A DNA stretch of 64,000 nucleotides, taken from positions 77,130,001 through 77,194,000 of the forward strand of contig CM059432.1 of assembly GCA_030390025.1 (NCBI GenBank), given 5' to 3'. The number at the start of each line of letters is the position of its first letter. Position 1 is the stretch's first letter. Of the stretch, positions 13,604 to 25,125 are shown piece after piece. Position numbers and translations under genes: made by a program. This stretch comes from Squalus acanthias. Taxonomy: Eukaryota. The notes below the pieces were generated by a model. The model searched no databases. It saw nothing but the letters and a program-made list of their open reading frames with translations, and had not been told where the DNA came from.

Positions 13604-14109
13604 CTGTAAATGACTGACTTAAATACAGCACCTCTTAAAGCTTAAGTATTAATCTGGAATACTGCTGAATATTGAATGATATTTCCACGTGTGCAAAATC
13701 AAACAGGTAGGCAGTGAAGCTAGCAATTTCATACACGATATAAAGGGTGAAATATGCATTCAATTTCTGAGCTGCTGATTTGGAAAATTATGAATTTTGT
13801 ACTGCTAACATAAAATCCATAAGTTTACACAATTTTTTATGAATACCATACTGTATATGTAATAAAAAATAGGGATATATTTTCAACAAGGTGTTATTGG
13901 GAACAAATTAGTTGGAACTAAACTAGTGACCAAAAGCAGCAATTGACTTTTCTTCTCTTATTACCACCAATGTAAGTGATCCCTACAATGTAAAATGAGT
14001 ATAAAGAGAACAAAAAAAATGCCTTGTGAAGGCCACTGTTATGGAACACATACATTTTTGTGCAAGGGGTATATAAACAGGAGATGGTGAGATGAAGGAC
14101 GTGCATTCT

Positions 14110-14790
14110 TCACTGTGACTGAGGTGTGCCACCTGGTCCACAAAGCCCAGAAGACACAGTCAACCATCTACTCTGTACTACCACTTGCAATGGAGGTTGC
14201 CACTGCTCTCAACTTTTAAGTCACTGTATCCTTTCAGGCATCCACAAGGGGCATCACTGGAGTCACCTGCTATGCTGCCACTGCTACATTTTAGAGGTGC
14301 ACACCGTATTTCGATCACATACCAATTTATATACGCTTCAGCAAACACCACCAGGAGCAGAAGCAGTAAGTGTTTTCACGATTCGTGGTCATTCCAAGCT
14401 ACAGGACATTATTATATATATAAAACCATCTGTACATCTACCAGCTATGTTATGCTATGACATAGTTCAATAAGAAGGGCTATTTTTATGTCTATCATCA
14501 TTGAAATGGCAACCCCTGCCAGAAAATATTGCACTTTCTGGAGAGGATGCACAATGCTTTCATTCTGAGAGAATCAAAAGCCCACAGTTCCTTATTGGAG
14601 GTTGGATGGACAGTTGGCTGTTCAGAAATTTGCCTTATGCAGTGCACCATGGATAATGACACAACTCAATACCCCAACTAAGAATAGATACAACATGGAG
14701 AAACTAGTGTCCTCACTAAGCAGGCATTTTGGATGCTTGGGACAATGGAGGGCCTGACAATATTCCCCCGAGAAGGATGAAAAATTGTAA
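14110..14790 (+). pseudogene. Ancient PIF/Harbinger (HARBI1-like) DDE transposase fossil
   Basis: Manual translation across frameshifts gives TVTEVCHLV, LPLAMEVATALNF*VTVSFQASTRGITGV, FNKKGY, MHNAFILRES, PWIMT, LSRHFGCL, QYSPEK in the expected order. Confidence 0.75.
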
Positions 14791-15399
14791 TAGAATGTAC
14801 ACCATATTTCTTTGGAAAGAGGTCACACCATGGGCTTAAATGAACAGCAGCAAACCACCAGCACTAGACTAACCACTGCAGCCAGCAGAAAAGTGAAGGA
14901 CTTTGTTTCCTTTCTCAGCCCAGTGAGCTCTGTAATTGATACTTTTGCTTTCTATTAGACATTGATGGGAACGCTACTTGTTTTTCTAAGTACTATTTGT
15001 TAATAATTGAACATGCTCAATTTACTTTACTTCTTGACACTGACTCACAGTAAAAGAACAGAATGCCACATATATTCAAAGCAACATTATTTTATTATCT
15101 TCAACATCTGTGGTGTCTGAGTGCATATACTCTTTTAGTGACTGTGCAGTTCCAGTGCGTGTGCTCCAAGTGTTTGGTATGTTTTTCTGGTGCATTTACC
15201 ACTTTTGAAACATACAGTTCTTCTGTCACTTCTCCAGTTGCCCTAATCACCCCCAGCTGAGGGGGTAGAAGTGGTGGCTGTTTACTCAGGTATCTTGCCA
15301 GCTGTATGGGATTCATAAAAACATTGCCTGTATTTATGAGTTCTTCTGATAGACTTGCATCAGTACCGGGGGGCCTTTGCTTTTATCGCTGTAGGCTGA

Positions 15400-17575
15400 A
15401 TCCTTTTGGAAGTGATGCCTACAGTCCCTTATGTAATGATACAGATCTGTTGTTAATATGAGAGGCAACTGGCTGCTTTTGTGCTTCTGCAAGTATGCCA
15501 CTTTAGGACATGCTCTCCTGAGGTCCCCTGATCTCTCTGAACTTAGAAAGGTAGCAGCTGTGAATCTTTAAATTCTCCCACATGTTTACGACTATGAATT
15601 CTTCGAGCAAATTGAAGCTGGCCACGACTGCTTGGAGCAAACTATCCATACAATATTCCACTGCACTCAACAAAGTCAATGCATTCTAATATAATATGTC
15701 CAGAAGCAAAGCCCATAATATCTATCTTGAGACAACTGAAGAGGGTGAAACCCCTTTGCATTTTCACCTTGTCTCTGCTCGCCCTTTATCATCTCTCATC
15801 TCTTCTATCCCTTCAATACCAGTTCCCTGTGTTTCGTGTAGTGTTTCCTCAAACACATCATTATCTAAGTGTTGTGAGATGCTTGTATCTGAGTTAGTGT
15901 TTAGTGAAAGTGTGTGTAGCGATATTCGTTGCTATTCTGGCTGTTCTTATGCTACTGGTGCAGCAGATTCTTGAGTCCCCCTCACTCTGTGAATTGGGCA
16001 GAGGGGACATCATGAGTACATAAGCACACTTATCCATTTGGCTACTTTATTGTCACCACATGAACTATTAAATATTTCTGCATAATTAATGGGGCGAATA
16101 GACCCGAGACCTATGACACGCTCGATAACCTCAGTGCAGCGTGGTCAGCCAGCATGAAAGGCGGTGGAAGCCTGCACATAAACAGTGTGCAGGGCTCATT
16201 AGGACCACAAAAATATTTAAATTGGGGGCCTCCCCAAAATGCAACTGGAGGGCTTGAGCCCACTGACTTCAACAGCCAAATTCCCGATACGCACTTAGTG
16301 ACAATGGGTCATCAAATGAAAATAGTTATTAAGGAGAGGGAGGAGAGGCGTTCGGGAAATTTTTTATGTAGAACATTGTTGAAGCGTGGAATGCTATGCC
16401 ATGGGGAGTCATTCAGACAGAGACCACTCCACCTTTAAAGAGAAAGATGCATAAATATTTGAGCAGAGGAAGATACAGGGCAATGGGGCGAGAGCAGGGC
16501 AGTGGGATTAGTTTCAAATTGCACCAGTGAAGATCCAGAACAGATCCGATGGACCGAGTGTCCTCCTTCTGTGCTGTAAACTTCTTTGGTTCTCTGGAAG
16601 CACTGCACTAGGGAGTGCAAATTTGTAAAATCTATCCAATTGATTTGGTCTGCACATCTATCTCTGCTCCTTTCTGACTTCCTTCCTACAAGTCTCCTCT
16701 CAGAACCAGTTAGCAGTTTTCCTTGCGGGGATCCATCACATGTTGAAGACTTTGCCATTCTAACATGTGCAGTTTTTGACTAAGATCAGTACTAATTAAG
16801 GCAGGGTGAACTTGTAGTTTGAAACATTAATTTTTCAATCAGTAACAACTAGTCAATTTCACAACTGTATATGTTTGTCACGACCACATCTGTCCTTCGA
16901 TAATATTTTTATAGTAACACGAGTCAATCTCCCATGGTGTTATACACGGACAGTCAAGACCAAGTAGTCTTCAGGAGAAATAGGGTTAGAGCTGGGGAAT
17001 AATTGGACCAGACCATGCAGACGTAATTTAAAGTCATACATTCTGTCCTTACTTTTGATTTTATTTGGTAATTTAATGTTAAACAACAAAACTTGCAGCA
17101 ATCTGGGAACCAGAGAAGTAGAGTTGGTTGGAGCATCAGAGTTTCTCTGCAGTACAGGCTGCGGAGCTGGGAGGTTCAATACTCAGGCATTACAGTGCTA
17201 CCAAAGGGTGTAATTACATGACACAAAGTTTACATAGACAATTTGCATTTTAAATGGGGACATTAGAATTTATAATGGAAAAGGTTGATAACAGGATAAG
17301 GTTTGTACACAAGTACATACAGATCAAATATTTTTAATATATTAATATATAAATTATGGCCATATCTTGGTGGTCTTATCGTGAAACTTCTTCCATACTT
17401 CCTGCCAGGTTCTGACTGTGCTGTGACAACATTTCTTTCTCAAAAGCATTACCACCTCCATATCCCAGTCTGTAAATCAAGCTTTCTGAATTTGATGATT
17501 ATCCACAAGGTCAAAGTTTTGCTCCCTCCTGCACACTCCACGTCTGGTTCAATGAAACTTTTGGCATCTATACTG
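15400..17575 (-). pseudogene. Ancient Harbinger Myb/SANT-like gene fossil (spliced), convergent with the transposase fossil
   Basis: Exon 1 ~17575-17370 (DAKSFIEPDVE...VRTWQEVWKKFHD); exon 2 after TCTTAG acceptor ~16779 (KTAHVRMAKSSTCDGSPQGKLLT) resembles AKVAHNLREQRQTGGG at 24597; acidic decayed exon 3 ~15960-15400. Confidence 0.6.
16350..16590 (+). mobile_element. Old CR1 3'-end fragment
   Basis: WNA-LP-like coding tail and GATGGACCGAG...CTGTGCTGTAAACTTCT 3'UTR. Confidence 0.65.
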
Positions 17576-17809
17576 ATTATTGTGAGGTGGGAAACCAGCA
17601 AATAAAATAAACCTTTATTAAAGATAGACCAGATTACTGTCACTCCCACTATTCAATTCATGAGTCACAGATTCAATGGCATGCGAGCTACCAGTTCCAT
17701 TGGCGGACATTTAAATCCAGAAAAAAGTGTCATAAGAAAACTTCTCTACCTAAAAGAGCAAAATATATCCCGAAGATTTTTAGGCAGTGCTACATTTTCT
17801 CAGAAGATA

Positions 17810-18957
17810 AACAAGGTATAATAGTTATAGCTTGTATAGAAAGTGTTTTTTGTTTGCTTTAAATTAAAAGTTTCTTATTAACTATAATATTTGTTGGGAT
17901 TCATGTGGTTTCATCCATAATGCTTACCTCAGCACATACAATGAAAAGTACCACTTTCTACTGAGATGTGTACTACCTGGTATATACTTGATACCCATGT
18001 TGTTTTTCTAAATTATACAGTAGGTTAGAACCATGGACATTTACATCACTGAGGAAGGCCATTTGGTCCATCGTGTCTGTGCCAGCTCTTTGTTAAAGCA
18101 AAACAATACTAATTCCGCTGCTCCACTCTCTCCCCATCCACTGTATCTTTCTCTGCTTCAAATATTTATACAATTCTCCCTTAGAAGATGCAGTTGTCTC
18201 TGACTTAATGACTCCCTGTGGCAAAGCATTCCATACTGCAGCAACCCTCTGCATTTCACCTGGCATCTCTCCTTATGCTCTCAGTGACATTTTTAAATTA
18301 GTAACCCCTTGCCATTGACTCCCCAGAGGAAATAATCTTTCACTATTCACTATCAAAACTCTTCAGAAGTTTAAAAATCTCTCATCTCTTAGCCTTCTCT
18401 GCACCAGTGGAAATTGTCTCAATATCTCATTCCTCCTCACAACTATAATTTCCTATCCCTGGCATCACCCTGGTGCACACACTGGCCTACCTTTAGTAGG
18501 TACGAGCTTTATGTATTTAACCCTTTCTTACAGTAACAAAAAAAAACTGTCCATTTTTTTGTTAAAATAAAAATTCCATTAGAAATGTTTTTAGGTGGGA
18601 AAGAGTTAAATGTAGTCAGCACCTGGAGCAAAATGAAGGTGGTGTAATGACGTTTGGAATTAGTCAGCTTGAACTTGAAATTAACGATAAAGATAAGAAT
18701 TACCCCTGGAGTTTAAAATCAGGTTTTAGGTAGAAAAAAAAACCTGTCTACTTCCACTTAAAAATACACAGGTATAAATTGTATTCCAGGTATTACACAT
18801 CTCAGTAGATAATGGCGCTTTTCATTGTATGTACTGAGGTAGGCATTAGGGAAGAGACCACATAAATCCCAACAATAATAAAGTTAACACACTTCTAATT
18901 TAAGGCAAACAAAAAAACACATTTTCTGCATAAACTAAAATTACTGTACCTAGTTGA
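17810..18957. repeat. Long diverged inverted repeat (~190-bp arms 17810-18005 / 18760-18957), probable ancient fold-back DNA transposon
   Basis: Arm matches such as CTACTGAGATGTGTA / TACACATCTCAGTAG, CATACAATGAAAAG / CTTTTCATTGTATG, TTGTTGGGATT / AATCCCAACAA. Confidence 0.85.
18028..18475 (-). mobile_element. Old CR1 3' fragment inside the inverted repeat
   Basis: GAAGGCCATTTGGTCCATCG 3'UTR motif and degraded RT C-terminus. Confidence 0.7.
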
Positions 18958-20517
18958 ATGAATTAGGAGGCAACGTATGAATATGAAACTGAATTTTGTA
19001 CTGGTTTATAAATTATGTAGCTTTAAGAATTCAAACACTTTGTGTCACTTTACCTGGAGAAATAGGAAACTGTCTGTGCTGAAGCATGGGTGATGCTCAG
19101 CACTTGTCAAAACAAGTATCTGTCAAGAATGTCGCAGACTGTTGCAAAATGACAGTTCAGGATGTTTAAATAGATGGAGCCCCAGGAAAAAAAAGCAGAA
19201 CAGATAGAAAATGTGTGGCTCTAAAATACATCAAAGCGACTTCTGTCAACATCATGTCAGAAAGGGGAAAATAGAACTGTTCTTTTTTTATAGTTCAGTG
19301 TGCACTCTGTAGGTGACAAGAGTCTAAATAATCAGTATAATATGCAAAACATATCTCAGATGAATTTCAGACCCTCCAAAAGGAAATTCATAATCAAACC
19401 AATATCTTCCTTTAAACAGGACTGTCAGCCATCAAAGCTGGTACTATAGCAATCAATCCCTAATGAAGCAAGTCTTTACTCAGTTAGCTTGCACCATACT
19501 TTTGTGTCTGGTTCAGTCACAATGTATGATAAGCTCTTAAGTCATACTTCTACATTTCTATTGGGTACACAACAGCTAGGTCTATACTTACCCTCAATCT
19601 AAAAAGTTTGCACAGAATAACATCAGTGAAGCTTCAAGCACTGCTTCTCCTGTCTGTGGAACTCTCACCCAGACAGTGTTGTTGCCTGCAACTCTGTCCA
19701 ACAGAAGTTCAAATGCAGTATTAACCATCACTTGATGAACCATGATTGCTGGAGAATTTATGTGGCTGAGAAATCTGTGACTTGCTCATTAGTATCCCAG
19801 CACAATGTCCCCAAATCGTTCTGTGCTTTCAAAGATCACCATGGCCAAATTTGAGAGACACTTGTCCTCGGTTCTGGTTAAAACAGCATCTAAAATAAAG
19901 TAAACACACAAAAATACTATGGCCCTGGGAATTGGTTTGTCTTAAAAATCAACTTTTTAAAGAGGGTTTTCACCATCAATCTTCCCCTTACAAACAAAAA
20001 TCAAACAATTCAGAGAATGTATTTTTCAGTTTTCTTTTCTGAACAGCTTTCTTTAAATAAAGGAGTACTGATTATATCAAGGATATTCTCTTGAAAGAGC
20101 TACTGAATGGAACAGTTCAATGAGAGTTCTTTCCTTTTTTTACTGCACACACAGAAACAAACACATTTACTCGTAGCATATTCTTGGAGCTAGAAAGCAA
20201 TACAACCAATGCAAAATTGAGCAATCAATCAGAAAACAACTGAAACAATGATGCTGAATTATCCATTAACCCTCATAGTAGGCAAATAAGTGTTATCAAT
20301 AATACTCAGTCCATTAACCCAGCTGCAGATTGCACAAACAGGAGCAGTGATGGAGGGAGTAAGGTCGCAAGGTGTCCGATTTGAAGCGAAGTGCCAAGGG
20401 AAGCAAAGGGGATCAAAGTCAATTATGTACAGTGCCCATAAAATGGCATGAGTTGGCAGTCTCGTTCAGAAGGTCATGAAGATGGCTTGTGTGGGAAAAG
20501 GGAAAAAAAAAACTCAA

Positions 20518-20888
20518 TTTTTTTTTATTCATTCACGAGATGTGGGTGTCACTGGCAAGGCCAGCATTTATTGCCCATCCCTACTTGCTAGGCCATTTCA
20601 GAGGGCAGTTGAGAGTCAACCACATTGCTGTGGGTCTGGAGTCACATATAGGCCAGACCAGGTAAGGACAGCAGATTTCCTTCCCTAATGGACATTTGTG
20701 AACCAGATGGGTTTTTACGACAATCTGGTAGTTACATGTTCACCATGACTGATATTAGCTTTTTATTCCAGATTTAATTAACTGAATTTAAATTCCCTGC
20801 TGCCGTGGTGGGATTTGAACTCTTGTCTCCGGATTATTAGTCCAGGCCTCTAGATTACTAGTCCAGTAACATTACCACTACTCTCCCC
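20518..20888 (-). mobile_element. tRNA-headed SINE, MetaSINE/SlmI-like
   Basis: Minus strand has A/B-box head (GTAGTGGTAA...GAGTTCAAATCCC), central CCTTACCTGGTCTGGCCTATATGTGACTCCAGACCC core, and a tail shared with the LINE at 12497. Confidence 0.8.
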
Positions 20889-21445
20889 TTCCTGTTGTAG
20901 TGGGGGTTTGGGGGACTGACAGCCTTCCTGCCTGGGATAACTCTCTTCAGGATGGGGTTTAAAGTAGAAAAAGTTTTACTAGCATATATTAGGGCTGGGA
21001 ATACTCAATGTCAACATTCATCATCTCAATTAGCACAAAATTTCATTAATAACGGCCCAAAAATTGCTGTGGCAGGCCAACGAACGGCACCTGCTGTTAG
21101 ACATGCCCTTGCCCTTTTATTTTCTCTGCAAGTTGCTGGAAGTGCGAGATGGAAACAGCACATCTAGGACCTGAATGCACAGGGCAGGCAACTGTGGCCT
21201 AGAAATTGGAGGGGTTAGCGCTGGCCGTTAAGGCCCCTTTTGGTGAAAAAAATGGCAGCCATCTCACTTCTGCCCACTTCCCATGGTGCCAACATTTTCA
21301 GCAGGTCGGCATGCTGCCAATGTCCGCACTCGCTGGAGATATGTAAATTATGCAGATCGTGACGTCAGTGAATGTGCAATGCTCACCTGACACCCAATCT
21401 GCCATTTTCGCATTCGCTGCTCCACTTACTGGCCTATGTTCATCA

Positions 21446-22600
21446 CAACAACAACAACTTGTATGTATATCGCGCCTTTAACGTAGTAAACCGTCCCAAG
21501 GCGCTTCACAGGAGTATTATAAGACAAAAAATTTGACACCAAGCCACATAAGGAAAAATTAGGGCAGATGACTAAAAACTTGGCCTAAGAGGTAGGTTAT
21601 AAGGAGCATCTTAAAGGAGGAAAGAGAGGCGCAGAGGTTTAGGGAGGTAATTCCAGAACTTAGGGCCTAGGCAACAGAAGGCACGGCCACCAATGGTTGA
21701 GCGATTATAATCAGGGATGCTCAAGAGGACAGAATTAGAGGAGTGCAGATATCTCGCGGGGTTGTGGGGCTGGAGGAGATTACAGAGATAGGGAGAGGTG
21801 AGGCCATGGAGGGATTTGAAAACAAGGATGAGAATTTTGAAATCAAGGCATTGCTTTTAACCGGGAGCCAATGTAGGTCAGCGAGCACAGGGGTGATGGG
21901 TGAACGGGACTTGGTGAGAGTTAGGACACGGGCAGCTGAGTTTTGGATGATCTCAAGTTTACGTAGGGTAGAACATGGGATGCCAGCCAGGAGTGCGTTG
22001 GAATAATCAAATCTAGAGGTAACAAAGGCATGGATGAGGGTTTCAGCAGCGGATGTGCTGAGGCAGGGGTGGAGATGGGCGATGTTACAGAGGTGGAAAT
22101 AGGCGGTCTTAGTTATGCAACGGATATGTGGTCGGAAGCTCATTTCAGGGTCAAATATGACACCAAAGTTGCGAACAGTATGGTTCAGCCTCAGATATAT
22201 GTTAGGGAGAGTGATGGAGTCAGTGGCTAGGGAACGGAGTTTGTGGCGGGGACCAAAAACAATGGCTTCAGTCTTCCCAATATTTAATTGGAGAAAATTT
22301 CTGCTCATCCAGAACTGGATGTCGGACAAGCAGTCTGACAATTTAGAGACCGTGGAGGGGTCGAAAGAAGTGTTGGTGAGGTAGAGCTGGGTGTCGTCAG
22401 CGTACATGTGGAAACTGACGCTGTGTTTTCAGATGATGTTGCCAAGGGGCAGCATGTAGATGAGAAATAGGAGGGGGCCAAGGATAGATCCTTGGGGGAC
22501 ACCAGAAGTAACGATGCAAGAGCGGGAAGAGAAGCCATTGCAGCTGATTCTCTGACTATGATTAGATAGATAAGAATGGAACCAGGTGAGTGCAGTCCAG
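21446..22600 (-). mobile_element. L2 LINE 3' portion nested in the Harbinger
   Basis: [41 protein letters not shown]; (GTT)n tail. Confidence 0.93.
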
Positions 22601-22601
22601 T

Positions 22602-23063
22602 GTGCCAGCAATCTTCCAGCCACCATGTCAAACCCGAGAGTAGCTGCTCGGAAACAAGGGTTATCCACTTTGCACCTGGCTAATGACCCCCCTTCGCAAC
22701 CCCAACACTCCTACCCAGCACTCATATAGTGACAGCTATGCTGCCACCAGGAATATCATCGAACAGACCATCAGACTGCTGAAGCAACAGTTCTGCTGCC
22801 TTGACCACTAGGAAGGTGCCCTCCTGTACTCGCCGGACCGGGTGTCCCATTCCGTGGTGGTTTGCTGCATGCTTCACAACTTGGCCATCATGAGAACACA
22901 GCCCTTCCCATCATGGATTGTGGGAACCCCTCAGGAAGAGGACGAGGGAGAGGAGGAGGAGGAGTAAGAGGAAGAGGACAAGGAGAAAGGGAGGAGGCAG
23001 GCAACAAATCCTCATTCCGGACGGGTTGTCAGTGAATGCCTCATCAGACTCCGATTCGAGTGA
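22602..23063 (+). pseudogene. Harbinger DDE transposase C-terminal remnant
   Basis: Manual translation: [20 protein letters not shown]...[47 protein letters not shown] plus acidic tail; GD-to-GN change and in-frame stops. Confidence 0.9.
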
Positions 23064-23289
23064 ATGAAACCCCAGATACCCGTTGCTCACCATATCCCCA
23101 TCATACCATCCCTCTGTCATGGAACATCACAGCGTCCTCCTGGGCACAAGTTGAAATGAGAGCCACCACAAAACATTCCAAACAAAATTAATAAATTCAT
23201 CAGTATTCAATTAACATAATAATATGAACTAATCACCCTTGTGCAATCCCTTAGCACCTGTCGTTCATGTGCCTTTTCTTAGACTAGTG

Positions 23290-25125
23290 CTCCTACGCAG
23301 GGCTCTCCCAGTGGCTGCAGCATGGCTGGTGGAAATCTGCTGAGATTTCAGATGGCCTTACAGGATGACCTTGACCAGCTGTGGACCTAGAAGGCCTGGC
23401 TGTAGACTGCACCACCTCGGCATGGGCGGCAACCGTCTTGGCTGACTGGCTGACAGGCAGTGGCAAGGACAACGGCGGAGTGGCAGTGGTGGGAATAGGA
23501 ATGCTGTCATCCTGAGAGAGAACAGCAGGGTCCTGCTCCACAGACCCACTGCCACTCCTCCGGGGCGGCACCTCAGAATTCTGAGCAATCTGTTGGAGGA
23601 CAGATTACTGGCCTGCTCCGACAACCTGCAAGCCCTTTTTGACACTAGTAAACACAGCCACGATGGCACCTCTGATCTTGCGTAGCAGCAAGCTGAGCCT
23701 GCAGGAGAGCAGTCTGCGCTTCCACTGCAGCACTGAGATGTTGGGCCGCTTCCGCCTGTGATGCAATGGAAGCCGCGACATCGGCAATCACACGCAGCAT
23801 CATGGCTGGGTCCATAAAGTCTCTCCTGGAGTTGTCCATCATTTCCAGCCTGGAAATCATGGGCTCCAAGCTCTGTGTAAACCCCATCCGATGTTGGAGC
23901 AGGACTGCTCCATGCTCCTTGACATTGCCAAGAGGCTCTCTGGCAGGCTTGCCATTGCACCTAGCATTTCAGTGTGCATGGCCATCACCCTTCTTCTGAA
24001 AGCTGCCCCATCGAGGTCATCATCTGAGTCTTGTGCGCGAACTCACCCTCTGGGGAACTGGCCCCCAAATTACCCTTTCCCCCTTGCCTTGCTGCAGCCC
24101 ACTCGTGCCTGGTGCCTCACCATGTGCATATCTCGCCTCCATACTACCCTCTACTTCCTGCGCAGTGCCAGTTTCTGAGCTGGTGTCTGCAAGTGTCAAG
24201 ATGCAGTGACGGTGTCTCTTCTTCTCCACTGTCCTCCATGATTTGGGGACAGGCTGGCCTGCTGGCAGTTCTTAGTTATCTGAAAGCAGAAAGACATAAC
24301 AGTTGGGTTGTGGTGAGAGGAGGGGGGGGGAAGCAAGATATCCAGGCATACACCATTGGCAACTTGAAAGTGAGAAGAGATTGTGGGATGAGGGGGAAGT
24401 GGGATGTGAGAAGAAGGATTAGGAATGACCATACTGTTATTGTCACCAAGGGCTTCAACTTTGTCCGTTGCCACGGCCTCGGTGACTTCCCCTCCAGTGA
24501 TGTCAAGCACCGACTCCTTCAGTTGGCTCAGGGTCTCTAAAGCAGCTTGGCCGCCTCCCGTCTGCCGCTGCTCTCGGAGGTTGTGAGCCACCTTGGCCTG
24601 CAAGGGAAGTCTGTCAGTGAGTGCGGTGCAATGTGTTTAGGTGATGTGCCTGCCATAGTTGAATAGTTGTCAGTGTGTGCAAGGTGTGAGATGTGGGTGA
24701 GTTTTGCAGAAGTGGTAAGGTTGTGAGGGTGAAGTGAAGCCATGATTGTGAGGTTTGAGTGGCGATAGGTAGAGATTGTTGGTAGGTGAGTGATGGGGGT
24801 GTGGTGCATTGAGCAGTGTGTGAGGCTTGTGCTGCAGATGGTGGGATATGGAATTTGCTGAAGCCTTCACTCACCTTGACCTACTGTGTGAGGTCATTAA
24901 ACTTGTTTCGTCACTGTATCCAGGTCCTTGGCACGACTCTGTTGGCCGTGACGTAGCCAGCTATGTCTTGCCAGAGTCTTCTGCAAGTGGGCTTTGATGG
25001 CTTCCTGCCACCCTGCGGGAAAAGGACACCCGCCTTCTCTCAACTGCCATGACCAAGGCCTTGAGAGCTGCATCCGAGAACCTTCTGGCTCTTTCTCTGT
25101 GTTGCTACTGTTGTTGCTGTGCCAT
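23290..25125 (-). pseudogene. Harbinger Myb/SANT-like DNA-binding gene remnant, three exons
   Basis: ATG at 25125; RERARRFSDAALKALV...PRTWIQ*RNKFNDLT; introns 24874-24598 (GTGAGT...TTGCAG) and 24434-24280 (GTATGG...TTTCAG). Confidence 0.85.

Noticed and set aside
19430..19750. Very old LINE 3' end (LWNS-like motif at ~19655)
   Set aside because: Similarity too short to support a call.
22602..25125. Host HARBI1 or NAIF1 gene
   Set aside because: Enclosed by TIRs and a TSD, truncated, with stops and a mutated catalytic Asp, so it is a transposon copy.
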